Of a stretch of DNA of 56,925 bases, positions 17,021 to 26,943 are shown piece by piece. The DNA lies in the IMG/VR virus record IMGVR_UViG_3300013137_000023, positions 1 through 56,925 of that record; one strand, written 5' to 3'. A program made the position numbers and the translations under genes. The notes below the pieces were generated by a model. That model was not told the DNA's origin, did not search any database, and was given only the letters and a program-made list of their open reading frames with translations. Source of the DNA: a virus (Duplodnaviria > Caudoviricetes). Each line of letters begins with the position of its first letter. Within the stretch, counting starts at the first letter, position 1.

Positions 17021-17445
17021 TTATGTTCTCCTAAATCATTAATAAAAATTATATATTTCAATTTGGCCCCCGAACTGGCAACCGTATTGATACACCTGAA
17101 ATTTCTAACGGCATTTGCTCCACGGATAACCCACGACCCACCCGAAGCTAATTGTATCCCCACATTCGTTCCTGCCGCTATCGTAGGCGTAGTCCCGGCA
17201 ACCGTAAAGGTAATGGTAGCTGTCTCAACAACTATTAGGGCCGCTTTAGGGAATATCGTCCTACCGCTTCCGTCCGTGGTGGATAGATAAGACGAACTAA
17301 ACCCGACAGAAGAGGTCGTATCTGATATGGTTCCTTCGTAAACAGGTTCCCCGTAAATAGCAAATACATCCGAAACCGCTTGCACCCCTAACGGAATTAC
17401 AAACAATCCAATAATTAAGGTAATGGTTAAAATCAGTCTTTTCAT
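17017..17445 (-). CDS. Signal-peptide-bearing small beta protein (head decoration / spike-base-like)
   Basis: Signal-like N-terminus; ALIVVETATI...GTTPT...GIQL...FRCI. Confidence 0.6.
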   Translation of the reverse strand: MKRLILTITLIIGLFVIPLGVQAVSDVFAIYGEPVYEGTISDTTSSVGFSSSYLSTTDGSGRTIFPKAALIVVETATITFTVAGTTPTIAAGTNVGIQLASGGSWVIRGANAVRNFRCINTVASSGAKLKYIIFINDLGEHK

Positions 17446-17455
17446 TGTTGGCCTC

Positions 17456-20400
17456 CTAATCTGCGAATGCTTCTTGAATTTCCATATATTCTGGTCTTGC
17501 TATCCTCGGTAGCCGTTTTAGGTCGGCAACTTCGGGAGCAATCATTTTTAATAAATGATCTTGTATCCCCTTTTTATTGGGAATAATCATATCATCAAGA
17601 TCGGCTTTTTCGTTGTGTTTTGTTATCCAGGCCATAGCCTTGTCAAGTTTCTTGTCTCCCCGTTCTTCTTTGCCCTGGGTCATATCAAAAATAGCTGAAG
17701 CTATCAACCAATTGGCTTTTTTATTATATTTAGTAGCACGTTCAGTAAGTAATATTCTGGCATTTTCTTTTTCGTAAGCACGGGACATAGTAGATGGCTG
17801 TAAACCAAGACCCTTCATAAATATATCCCATGAATCAACGTCTGCTATTGGTTTATTGGCCGGGGTTCTGGATCCTTCCAGCGCCCATCTTCCGGCAACA
17901 GTTAGATTCCTAACAGCTTCAGGGGCGAGTGCTTCTGCTGCCCGTTGCGGATTATCATAATCTCTATACATATTATATGCACGTCCAACTCTTAAAGGTA
18001 TATCCCCGGCAACACCAGTTATCATTCGCCCGACTGCCGGATAGACACCCTTTTCAATGTCAGAAGTCATTTCTTGTATACCGAGAGAACCGGAAATGTC
18101 CCATCCAGCAAGATAAGGAACTCCGTGTAATATTGTGTCAGTAATATTTTTTGGTAACGCCTTTTTCATTTCAGTTTTGGGGTCATATCCCGATATTTCA
18201 GCTGCTTTAATCAGGTCTTTAATTAGAGGAAAACCGCTAATACCGGCTAATCCAAACATGGTTGCCAACATTCTTGACCATACAGGGAAACCACCATTCT
18301 TCATAAAATACTTTTTTAAGAGAGATAGATAGTTTCCCATAAAAGTTCTAAATATCATAATAGAGGAACCAACACGGCCACGGGCTATCTCTGGTCTGTT
18401 GGCCTTAGTATAATCGAATTGTGTTTCCTTCACTATTTGTTCTGCTTGTTTAATGGCTTCTGCATGAGACAAACCTTTTGCAATAGAAACATTATAACCG
18501 GCTATCATAGATACAAATCTATTGAATTTTTCGGCCTTGTCAAACATGAAAGAGGATATGTTGGTAGCTCCTGGGTCTGTAAGTCCCATTCCCGGTCTTG
18601 CTCTGCCACTTAATTCACGATACACTTGTGCAGATAAACTCCCCTCACTTATACCCTTATTAAGAGCATCCATTAAATCGGGGTATTTTGCCGAAAACTT
18701 TTTAGATGAAGCCATATACTCCATCATTTGCTTCATGGCTTTCGCATAAGCTATTTCTGGCGTTTTGGTATGTGCCGCAAGGACCGGATATGTAGTAATA
18801 ATGGTCTGCGTCAAGTTGACAAGAGCCGATTTTACGTTTAACCCCAAGTAATAGTGAAACATGAAGTTGCGCAAGGCATAGGCTTCTGGCTTAGAAGTCG
18901 TTACATAGTCTATATACCGCTTGGCATATCCATAGACACCGGAGTCACGCTTTTGGTCAATGGCATCAAACATCTGAGAATAATCAACTTCGGCCTTTTT
19001 GTTTGACACAAAATTTGTTATCCCAATAATATAATCAGCAAGGTTACGGTCGAGATTAACGCTGTACCCAGGAGTGAGTGCGGCATGAAGCATGTGTTCC
19101 GGGAAACCGGAGGCATATCTTCCGAACATTTTTTTCATGTGTTCGGCTAAAACTGGATCGGCAGTATTCAGAGAATTAATGGCTACCATCAGGTCAATAG
19201 GAATATTTTCATACGCTTCCGGGGCAGATTTCAATACCTCTCCATACTTTACTTTCCATCCTTGTTTTCTAAAGTCTGCCCGGAGTTTATTGGCCTCTAT
19301 CTGGCTGTCAGTCATAGCATACGATTTTACCTTGTCCTCAGCATCAAGACCAATAACCCATTTACTCCCAAACCTGGAAAACGGAACATAATTGGCATCC
19401 TTTAGGTCGGTAATAAACTCATCAACCTTTTGTATATATCGGTCCTGGGAGGAAAGGCCGTCTTTCCCTGGGGTTGTACTGTAATAATCTGCTTTGGCTA
19501 TTAATCCCTCTCTTAAATAGTCCAAAGAATTATTGGCAAAGTCTTTTATGGCTTGAACGGCATCAATTTCCGATTGATTAAATCCAAGTTTTTGAGCTTC
19601 AGCAATAGTATCGAACTTACCCCCCCTGACACGGGCCGCAAAAAGAAAAGACTTTACTTTGTCCTTAGAGGCTTCCGGTAATCCAATATATGGTTGGATT
19701 TGTTGTGCAAACTCATAGGTTTTTGAATCACGTTCAATAAATTTTTGGTCTGTTCTTTCCTTTATCGGGCCAAACTTATCAGGGAACTTCTGTTTAATGG
19801 TTTCGGGAAAGGCAAAGAAAGACTTAATAGACCGTTCTCCCGGCATAATTCTATTAGCAAAATAAGTAACTTCTTTGGGTGTGTCTATCTTCTCTGTTTT
19901 TTCATGCTGTCTTCCAGACCTGAAGTTATCTATGGTTTGTTTCAGGCCGTCTATGTATTGTTGTGCGCCGCCAAGACCGAAGCCAAGTGTTACCCCTTCT
20001 GTTCCTTCCTGTTTTGTAATGCCGTCAAATAGTCCCTTGTCTCTCTCAGGACTACTTTTTTGCTTTCCGGTGATAATTTCTGATACATCTTCCCTGATTT
20101 TGTCGTAAGCCCATTGTTTTGCTTTTCCTGGGTTTTCTCCATTTCCTATCCTCCTTGCCGCTTCGTTAAGCGTTTCAGAAATTGGACCAAGATAATTCTT
20201 GTTTCGATCAAAAACATCAAGAATAACACCAGCTTCCTTAGAAATTCCAAGGCTTTCTTCTGTCTTTATAACATTACCAACACTTTCAAGTCTATTGGCG
20301 TTTCTACCAACAACCCCGAACAATTTTTTATCTTTTGATAAATTATTTCTTATATAGGCCGCTACTTCAGCTTTTTCTAATGCCAAAGATTCTGTTTTTG

Positions 20401-23101
20401 TTTCATCTCCGAATAAAGACGACTGTGTCTCGTCCTTACTTGGGGCATTTAATATGTCATCTGCTAATTCAGATATAATATCGTTGGTAACTTTTTTGCC
20501 ATTAGATTCATACTTATTAAGTAACTTAATTAAGGCATCTTGCATATCCGGGTTGGTTATTTTACTGCCAATTAGCACGGCCCTTTTTTCTGGAATATCC
20601 CCCCGTAAGGCAGAATTGAAAATCCAATCATTAAGAGAAGAAAGGGCAAGACCGTCTCGGACAACCGACTCTTTCGTTGGTATTCCGCTTTGCAGTAAAT
20701 CATCGACAGATAATTTTGAATCCCTAAAGAACTTGGCCGCATCAAAAGCCGTGCCTCGTCCTTCTGCAATGTTTTGCATGGCGGCAATTGCCCTTGCTTC
20801 TTGCTGTGTGTCGGCTTTAATAAATTTAACGGGAATCGTATCTTGTCCTAACTCAATGGCCTTCATTACTCTATTGTGACCATTAGCAACAACTATTTCT
20901 CCCGTTTCAGGGTTTTGCCATACAGAAACAATTCCTTCTAAATTTTTATTCCATTTAGTTACACCTTCCAGTGATCCTGTTTGCCCTCCCTTACCATGAA
21001 GTATTTTATATTGCATGTTTTCAGGGTCAAGTTTTAGGACGCTAACAGGGAAATCTTCTTTTATGCCAGACATGGCCGCAGATTTCCCTATCTCTCCCGG
21101 CGGGGTGGAGCGGTTAGGGATTATTTCATCGTACTGCTGCGCCCTGGCTAATTCGTCGGGAGAGGGTGATTCTTTCAAAATATTTGGCTTAATGATTCTT
21201 ATTTCATCTTCAAATGGAAACTCAACCGCATCAAAGCCTTTCTCCCTTGCATAATCAATTATCTTTTGTTGTTTATTCCAGACCTTTTTTTGTAAGCTCT
21301 CAAAGACTTTGTCGCTTCCCGAAATAGGAAAATTAGATAATTTTTTAGCGTCTTCTAAATAACTCCCTTGTAATTCAACCGGAATATCTGATTCTTTAAG
21401 GACTTTTGCGGTTGACGGAAGAATGGCCTCACTAATTATTTTATTTTCTTCGCCAATAAAGTTTTCTGCTATTTCCTTTGATGTAGAAACTGAAATACCT
21501 CTTGATCCACCCCTTGAAAAATCTATCGGTTCGTCTCCTCCCCGATAGACTTTCATTCCCGAAATACTTCCTCTTTCCTCTATATTATTTCCCGGCCCCT
21601 GATACTCCACGTTCTTCATCTGTGATGGGTCTTTAACCATACCCCACTTAGTGGGCTTGCCCTGATAATCCGTTCCCTCAACGATTATGCCGTCATATAG
21701 ATTAGTTCCCTGAGCAACGTCTTTATTCCATGCGTCCATATCTGGTGCGGGGCGTTTTATCTCTGGTTCAAATTTATAAACATGCTCCCCAAAAGCCTCG
21801 GTCATGGGACGGTCTGAGAAGTTCACCTTCTGCCCCGGCTTCCATTCGGTAACTGGTGCGTCGGTGGCGTGGTAGAAAAATTGCCCTTCGCCTTGTGTTG
21901 AGGTATCTATTAATTCAGGTTCCGTTACTGTTTCTGGTTTTATGATATTCTCAACTGGTGAAACTTGTTCTTGAGCAATATTTTTTTGTTCTATTTGCTG
22001 TTCTGGAATGTTTTCAGTCGTGCCAATATCTTTGTTTGTCGGTTGATTAAGCAATCCAAGGATGTCATTTTCTTCTATATTAACAGTTCCTTCGTCAGCT
22101 TGTTGTTTAGCAATATCTTTCTCAATCGCCTCCTTGTTTCCAATCTTACCAAGAAGATCATTGACAAAATTGCTTATCTTTTGTTCTTGTATGGCTTGTT
22201 GTTTTAATCCCCTATGTTTTGCTATTGGGTGAGCAATAGCGCCCATAGCAGGACCGGCTAAGGCAGTAATGGCCGCCGTATCAAGAACGGTTTGCTTAAA
22301 CTCCTTCCATCCCAACTTGGGATTGATATAATTCTTATCAACTAAAAACTGCAAAGTAGAAGTAACTTCTTCTCCTAATATGTCTTTAAAAGTAACATCA
22401 ATGGCACGCTTAATTAGTTTTGACCCCAGCTTAAATAATGCTTTTGCGGGAGGGGCTTCACCAATTCCTTCGGCCATACCTTTAACAAAAGACCCCGCCA
22501 TTTTTTCGTGTGGCTTTAGTTCGGGATTATCTTTCTCCATTTCCCTATAGGATTGTCCTGCTGTTTGTAGCATGGCAGAACCAATAACACCGGCAGGCCC
22601 AAGGGCTAACCAGGGGGCTATCTGTGCCACACTTGACCCTGCCCCATAGACTATTCCCTTTGCCGATCCTGGCTCAACGTTTGGTTCAACAATATATCTC
22701 TCACCGGCCTCGGCTATTTTTTGACCAACCCGTCTTTTTGCTAATTCACGTCCCAACTTTGCTTGACTTCCAATACCTTCTTGGTAAGACTGAACCAACC
22801 CGCCAATGGCTTGAACGGCACGGGGAACTACATTCCCTATCGTTGCCGCATAAATATCGTACCAACCAGATTCTTTTGGCTTCTCCATAAGGCCAAGTTC
22901 CATAGCCGTAGCTTTCATGGCTTCAATCTTCTGCTTGTTTGGTAACTTCTTTAATTCGGAGTCTGTCTGGAAGGCCATACCTATATCTTGCCACGTTGCA
23001 GGACGTTCTACCACAAACCTATTAGTATCGGTGGTTTGTTCTTGTGGTGTTATTTCTTGTGCCTCTTCAATAACAAAAGCCATTAATATATTTCTCTCCA
23101 C
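17456..23101 (-). CDS. Large polyvalent ejection (internal virion) protein with ART-like, ParB-like and PLxRFG domains
   Basis: YHAT...YDGII; YRG...SVSTS...EDE; VANGHNR; YVPFSRFG; lies after other ejection-type genes. Confidence 0.8.
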   Translation of the reverse strand: MERNILMAFVIEEAQEITPQEQTTDTNRFVVERPATWQDIGMAFQTDSELKKLPNKQKIEAMKATAMELGLMEKPKESGWYDIYAATIGNVVPRAVQAIGGLVQSYQEGIGSQAKLGRELAKRRVGQKIAEAGERYIVEPNVEPGSAKGIVYGAGSSVAQIAPWLALGPAGVIGSAMLQTAGQSYREMEKDNPELKPHEKMAGSFVKGMAEGIGEAPPAKALFKLGSKLIKRAIDVTFKDILGEEVTSTLQFLVDKNYINPKLGWKEFKQTVLDTAAITALAGPAMGAIAHPIAKHRGLKQQAIQEQKISNFVNDLLGKIGNKEAIEKDIAKQQADEGTVNIEENDILGLLNQPTNKDIGTTENIPEQQIEQKNIAQEQVSPVENIIKPETVTEPELIDTSTQGEGQFFYHATDAPVTEWKPGQKVNFSDRPMTEAFGEHVYKFEPEIKRPAPDMDAWNKDVAQGTNLYDGIIVEGTDYQGKPTKWGMVKDPSQMKNVEYQGPGNNIEERGSISGMKVYRGGDEPIDFSRGGSRGISVSTSKEIAENFIGEENKIISEAILPSTAKVLKESDIPVELQGSYLEDAKKLSNFPISGSDKVFESLQKKVWNKQQKIIDYAREKGFDAVEFPFEDEIRIIKPNILKESPSPDELARAQQYDEIIPNRSTPPGEIGKSAAMSGIKEDFPVSVLKLDPENMQYKILHGKGGQTGSLEGVTKWNKNLEGIVSVWQNPETGEIVVANGHNRVMKAIELGQDTIPVKFIKADTQQEARAIAAMQNIAEGRGTAFDAAKFFRDSKLSVDDLLQSGIPTKESVVRDGLALSSLNDWIFNSALRGDIPEKRAVLIGSKITNPDMQDALIKLLNKYESNGKKVTNDIISELADDILNAPSKDETQSSLFGDETKTESLALEKAEVAAYIRNNLSKDKKLFGVVGRNANRLESVGNVIKTEESLGISKEAGVILDVFDRNKNYLGPISETLNEAARRIGNGENPGKAKQWAYDKIREDVSEIITGKQKSSPERDKGLFDGITKQEGTEGVTLGFGLGGAQQYIDGLKQTIDNFRSGRQHEKTEKIDTPKEVTYFANRIMPGERSIKSFFAFPETIKQKFPDKFGPIKERTDQKFIERDSKTYEFAQQIQPYIGLPEASKDKVKSFLFAARVRGGKFDTIAEAQKLGFNQSEIDAVQAIKDFANNSLDYLREGLIAKADYYSTTPGKDGLSSQDRYIQKVDEFITDLKDANYVPFSRFGSKWVIGLDAEDKVKSYAMTDSQIEANKLRADFRKQGWKVKYGEVLKSAPEAYENIPIDLMVAINSLNTADPVLAEHMKKMFGRYASGFPEHMLHAALTPGYSVNLDRNLADYIIGITNFVSNKKAEVDYSQMFDAIDQKRDSGVYGYAKRYIDYVTTSKPEAYALRNFMFHYYLGLNVKSALVNLTQTIITTYPVLAAHTKTPEIAYAKAMKQMMEYMASSKKFSAKYPDLMDALNKGISEGSLSAQVYRELSGRARPGMGLTDPGATNISSFMFDKAEKFNRFVSMIAGYNVSIAKGLSHAEAIKQAEQIVKETQFDYTKANRPEIARGRVGSSIMIFRTFMGNYLSLLKKYFMKNGGFPVWSRMLATMFGLAGISGFPLIKDLIKAAEISGYDPKTEMKKALPKNITDTILHGVPYLAGWDISGSLGIQEMTSDIEKGVYPAVGRMITGVAGDIPLRVGRAYNMYRDYDNPQRAAEALAPEAVRNLTVAGRWALEGSRTPANKPIADVDSWDIFMKGLGLQPSTMSRAYEKENARILLTERATKYNKKANWLIASAIFDMTQGKEERGDKKLDKAMAWITKHNEKADLDDMIIPNKKGIQDHLLKMIAPEVADLKRLPRIARPEYMEIQEAFAD

Positions 23102-24315
23102 TCACTACCATTACTAATATACTTTTTCCCCGTAACCGTATCTGTCATTGTTTTACCAGTAAACAAACTCGCCTTTGGCTTAGTTGTAAATGTCTGTTTT
23201 ATTGTTTTTGGTTGAGTGGCTTGTGTTTTCTGACTTGGTTGGTTAGCGGAAGAACCAGATGTGCCACCATTTTTTTGTTGCATCCTCTGAGAAGCCCTTT
23301 CAAGTGAGGCATTAATTATTTTATCTATCGGATTTTCTTGTTTTGCAACGGCATACGGAGTCCATCCGGTTTCAATATATGTTTCGTATGAATTATCGTT
23401 TTTATCAATAACCTTCCTTGATTTACCGTCTGGACTTGTTAGGATGACTTTGTTTGGTTTATATTGTGGCCCACCACCGCCACCCTCGGTAGGCTTCCAT
23501 GCCGGTTTAGGCTTCCCAACCGGGATGTCATTAGATTGTGTTTCTGGATTCCATTTATAGGTTTGTATTAATCTTCCGTTACCTATGGGAATATCTTCAT
23601 ACATTCTTGGTGTAGGTTCTTTTGGTTTGGTAGGTAAGCCAGACTTAAATTTCTCCTCGGCTATCTTATTAGCGGACTCAATGTTTTTCAACTCAATGGC
23701 CTGTTTATGCTTCCGTTCCTCAAGGGCTAATGCTTTGCTTGCCTTAATCTGTTCATTGGCCTCGGCCCTTTTCATCTTAAAATGTTCCATCATAAGGGTA
23801 GCAACAAGGTTAGGTGGTGCATCTGGGTACTTCTGCGTCAAGGCGGCGGCATCAAAAGAGTTGTTCAGCTTTGATGCTTCTTTGTCCCATTCGGAAAGCT
23901 GACGTAGCTTTTCCTGGTTCGATACTTCAACGGTCGGGGCCACACCCATTTCAGCGCCAGGATCAAACTGCCCCGTTTCATCCGTTCCATAACCCGGTTC
24001 AACCCTTGTAACGGTAGAGGGCATGTTTTCAATAATCCCCCGTTTCTGAGCAAGGGCCGCTTGCTGTTGCATATTATTGATGTATTCGCCCACCATCCTG
24101 GCATATTGCTGTTGCCCGAGTTCTTCACGGCGTTGCTTTTCCCGTGCTTCCCTCATTTGTCTCCCCATTTGCCAGAATTGCATAGCACGGGTAGGAGCCT
24201 CCGGGTCTTTGGAAACAACTGCCGGTAAAGCAAGGGCAAGCATATCCATCCAATCAATGTCATTCTTAACCCCACCCTGAGTAAGATTTTTAGCTATTTC
24301 TTCTTTGAAAGCCAT
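23083..24315 (-). CDS. Putative ejection / internal virion protein
   Basis: Q/E/K-rich helical; position in the podovirus core module. Confidence 0.65.
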   Translation of the reverse strand: MAFKEEIAKNLTQGGVKNDIDWMDMLALALPAVVSKDPEAPTRAMQFWQMGRQMREAREKQRREELGQQQYARMVGEYINNMQQQAALAQKRGIIENMPSTVTRVEPGYGTDETGQFDPGAEMGVAPTVEVSNQEKLRQLSEWDKEASKLNNSFDAAALTQKYPDAPPNLVATLMMEHFKMKRAEANEQIKASKALALEERKHKQAIELKNIESANKIAEEKFKSGLPTKPKEPTPRMYEDIPIGNGRLIQTYKWNPETQSNDIPVGKPKPAWKPTEGGGGGPQYKPNKVILTSPDGKSRKVIDKNDNSYETYIETGWTPYAVAKQENPIDKIINASLERASQRMQQKNGGTSGSSANQPSQKTQATQPKTIKQTFTTKPKASLFTGKTMTDTVTGKKYISNGSEWREIY

Positions 24316-24337
24316 TTCAGTTACCTCTGATTAGACA

Positions 24338-25084
24338 TTACATAGAGATCATTCCTGGGCCTGGGCCACCTTCTCCTCCGCCTTCTCCTCCGCCTCCGGC
24401 ATCGTAATACCCTGCCGCATCATATCCTGCAAATCCTTCAACGCCAAGGCCGTTATCTCCGCTTTCACCAGAATATGAACCATATCCTTCCATAAATGCC
24501 TGGATGTCGGCCTCAGATATGTCGCCCTGCTCTCCATTGGTGTTTATGTTTTCCCCTGTCATTGCGGGATAAGTAGTGGAAAGTGGAATACCAGCTAAAT
24601 CAGCTAAAAACATAGCATTTAACATATCACCATTAACCGTATCAAGACCGGGTTGAGACGCACTATCCATTCCAACCATGTCTGCATAATCAGCAACCGT
24701 AAAATTACCTTCTCCTGGGCCAAACAACATTTGACCAAAACTTTTCCCTGTTGCGGCCTTGGCTCCCATACCACCAAACTTAGCCGCCGTACCTCCTGCC
24801 GGACCGAAGGCGGCAGATGCTAAAAGAGGAAGCGCTATATCTGCTACTCTTGCGGCAAAAGGATTGCCCTGAGTTTGGTATGTCCCTATGGTAGTATCAG
24901 ACCCATGTCTGTACCCACCGCCACCAGTATCAGCGCCCGGCATAGGTCCAGACCCATAGTATTCCTTCATTGAACTACTTCTCTCTCGGTCTTGTTTCCC
25001 CTTGGCACGCATAGCCGCTATTAGCTTGTATAACGAACTATTATCCTTAGACTCAATTTGCTTCATGTAATCAAATAGGCTCAT
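24338..25084 (-). CDS. Putative ejection protein (Gly-rich)
   Basis: G/M-rich with a hydrophobic LPLLASAAFGPAGG segment. Confidence 0.6.
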   Translation of the reverse strand: MSLFDYMKQIESKDNSSLYKLIAAMRAKGKQDRERSSSMKEYYGSGPMPGADTGGGGYRHGSDTTIGTYQTQGNPFAARVADIALPLLASAAFGPAGGTAAKFGGMGAKAATGKSFGQMLFGPGEGNFTVADYADMVGMDSASQPGLDTVNGDMLNAMFLADLAGIPLSTTYPAMTGENINTNGEQGDISEADIQAFMEGYGSYSGESGDNGLGVEGFAGYDAAGYYDAGGGGEGGGEGGPGPGMISM

Positions 25085-25095
25085 CTTTATTCACC

Positions 25096-25641
25096 CTACC
25101 AGGGATAATCTTCGGCAACATCAGACCAATCACCAGCAGTATCTCCATAACTATCGTAATCCCATGTATCACCGTAGCCGTAATCGCTCATGTCTACACC
25201 ATAGCCACTTGAGGTATTGGCTGATCCACTTCCACCACCACTACCCCTGCCGAACATCCTCAGAAATTGATCCCATTGGCTACCACCACCATTTTTATCC
25301 CTTGACCCAATCATGGTAGCAAAGGCAGGAAGTAACCTGCTGAACATCCCCGGTTCGCTCGTTTGATCCTGTTTCATGCCCTGTAACAGCCTCAATAACT
25401 GAATCTGGTAATCTATCTTTTGCCGTTTGGCTTTAGGCATGATTTCAAAAGTATGACCGGCAAACCTGACTTTCATGTTCGGGGTACTATCAATGTCGGC
25501 CTGCATCTTGGTTATCGTGTCATACAGCTTCTTCCCGGCCTCAGTCTTTGGCGGTTCCTTGTAACTATCCCAAAGCTCAGGAGGCTTATTCTCCTGATTA
25601 TTGGCCTGATTTTTAATAAGCATATCCAATAAGACAGACAT
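25096..25641 (-). CDS. Putative ejection protein
   Basis: Co-oriented; G/D/Y-rich tail. Confidence 0.6.
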   Translation of the reverse strand: MSVLLDMLIKNQANNQENKPPELWDSYKEPPKTEAGKKLYDTITKMQADIDSTPNMKVRFAGHTFEIMPKAKRQKIDYQIQLLRLLQGMKQDQTSEPGMFSRLLPAFATMIGSRDKNGGGSQWDQFLRMFGRGSGGGSGSANTSSGYGVDMSDYGYGDTWDYDSYGDTAGDWSDVAEDYPW

Positions 25642-25661
25642 GGCAATACCCCCTCTATAGA

Positions 25662-26519
25662 TTAATCTTGAATTAAGTATTTAAGTATCAATTCCCAAGG
25701 AGCAAGTGGGTTCGCGCCCTCAGACTCGCTATATTTAGCCAGTTCGAGTAATTGGTTCATCAGGGCCATTTGCTTCTGATATGCCTCAGCTTTCTTATCT
25801 AAGTTAGCTAACAGAGCATTTCCGGCCCATATATCTGCTCTGTTTTGTGCCTCTTCCCCAACTTTTCCAAGAGTCCCTTCTGCTGTACTTGAACTCAACA
25901 CGCCACGGCTTGAAAGGTTGGAAATTGCCGGTCTAAGGTTGGTATCAAGATACTGATTTACCATTGCCTGTCTGGTCTGTTCAATAAGACCGGGAGCATT
26001 AGCAATCTCGTTTAATGACTCCTGAAGGCTTTGGGCGTATGGTTCCATGTACTGCTCCATGTACTTTTTTATCAGGTCATTAGCCCAAGGAGGCAAACCG
26101 CCATACGATTTTGAATAAGGGAAGGCCCCCTCCGGTATTTCGATCCCCCCATCTCCTGGTCCTTCTCCAATGCTTCTCAAGTATTCCCTGATCTGTGCTT
26201 CTGTTGGATTTGGACCAAGGCTATTTAGTTCCTCCTCACTTGGCGCACGCCCATGAATCCAGTAATAAGCGTCTATGATCTGTTTCCTGCCGGAGGGGTC
26301 AGTTATATTCCAGTCCTCCCACCAATTTCCAGATGGGGTTCCTGGGTAATAACTGGTCTCTTCTGTAGTGTTTCCACCATCTCCTCCGTCGCCCCCGCCT
26401 CCGCCAGACGGAATCCCGGCGCCACTAAAGATTTGGTCCCATTGTTCAGGGGTATATGTTTCATATTCGGGAATATCGGGATTTCTTTTAGTGCTGGTGT
26501 TTGTTGGGAAAAAAGGCAT
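25662..26519 (-). CDS. Putative ejection / pilot protein
   Basis: NLSSRGVLSSSTA motif typical of podovirus pilot proteins. Confidence 0.6.
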   Translation of the reverse strand: MPFFPTNTSTKRNPDIPEYETYTPEQWDQIFSGAGIPSGGGGGDGGDGGNTTEETSYYPGTPSGNWWEDWNITDPSGRKQIIDAYYWIHGRAPSEEELNSLGPNPTEAQIREYLRSIGEGPGDGGIEIPEGAFPYSKSYGGLPPWANDLIKKYMEQYMEPYAQSLQESLNEIANAPGLIEQTRQAMVNQYLDTNLRPAISNLSSRGVLSSSTAEGTLGKVGEEAQNRADIWAGNALLANLDKKAEAYQKQMALMNQLLELAKYSESEGANPLAPWELILKYLIQD

Positions 26520-26537
26520 ATCACACCCCCTGTTTAC

Positions 26538-26918
26538 TTACTTAATTACCCACTCCGGCCCCATGTATTCAAGGTTTTCAATATAACTCATTAAATAAGG
26601 GCCATTCATAAACCAAAGACTCCACCTATTTGTAATGACGTTCTTCCACAAAATATCAGGGTGTCCGTCCCCGTTCCAGTCCACCCCCGTTTTGACGATC
26701 TGCCACTCAAAAGGAATAGGACCATAACAGACACGATCATTGCTCATTACTTCCGATTGATGTATCTGGTTCTTTTCTAATGGTGTATAAATTTGTCTCA
26801 GCCCGATACAAACCATACCATTAAAGGTGTTATAAAATACATAGTGTTCGCCAGCATTGACCATGCCAACGATTACCAGGCTTAAAAGAACAACCACCAA
26901 ATAAATTAATTTTTTCAT
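26538..26918 (-). CDS. Secreted or membrane protein with an FG-GAP-like motif
   Basis: Signal-like N-terminus; DWNGDGHPDILW...LWFMNG. Confidence 0.65.
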   Translation of the reverse strand: MKKLIYLVVVLLSLVIVGMVNAGEHYVFYNTFNGMVCIGLRQIYTPLEKNQIHQSEVMSNDRVCYGPIPFEWQIVKTGVDWNGDGHPDILWKNVITNRWSLWFMNGPYLMSYIENLEYMGPEWVIK

Positions 26919-26943
26919 TGTTCATTCCTCCTCCCGATTTTTA

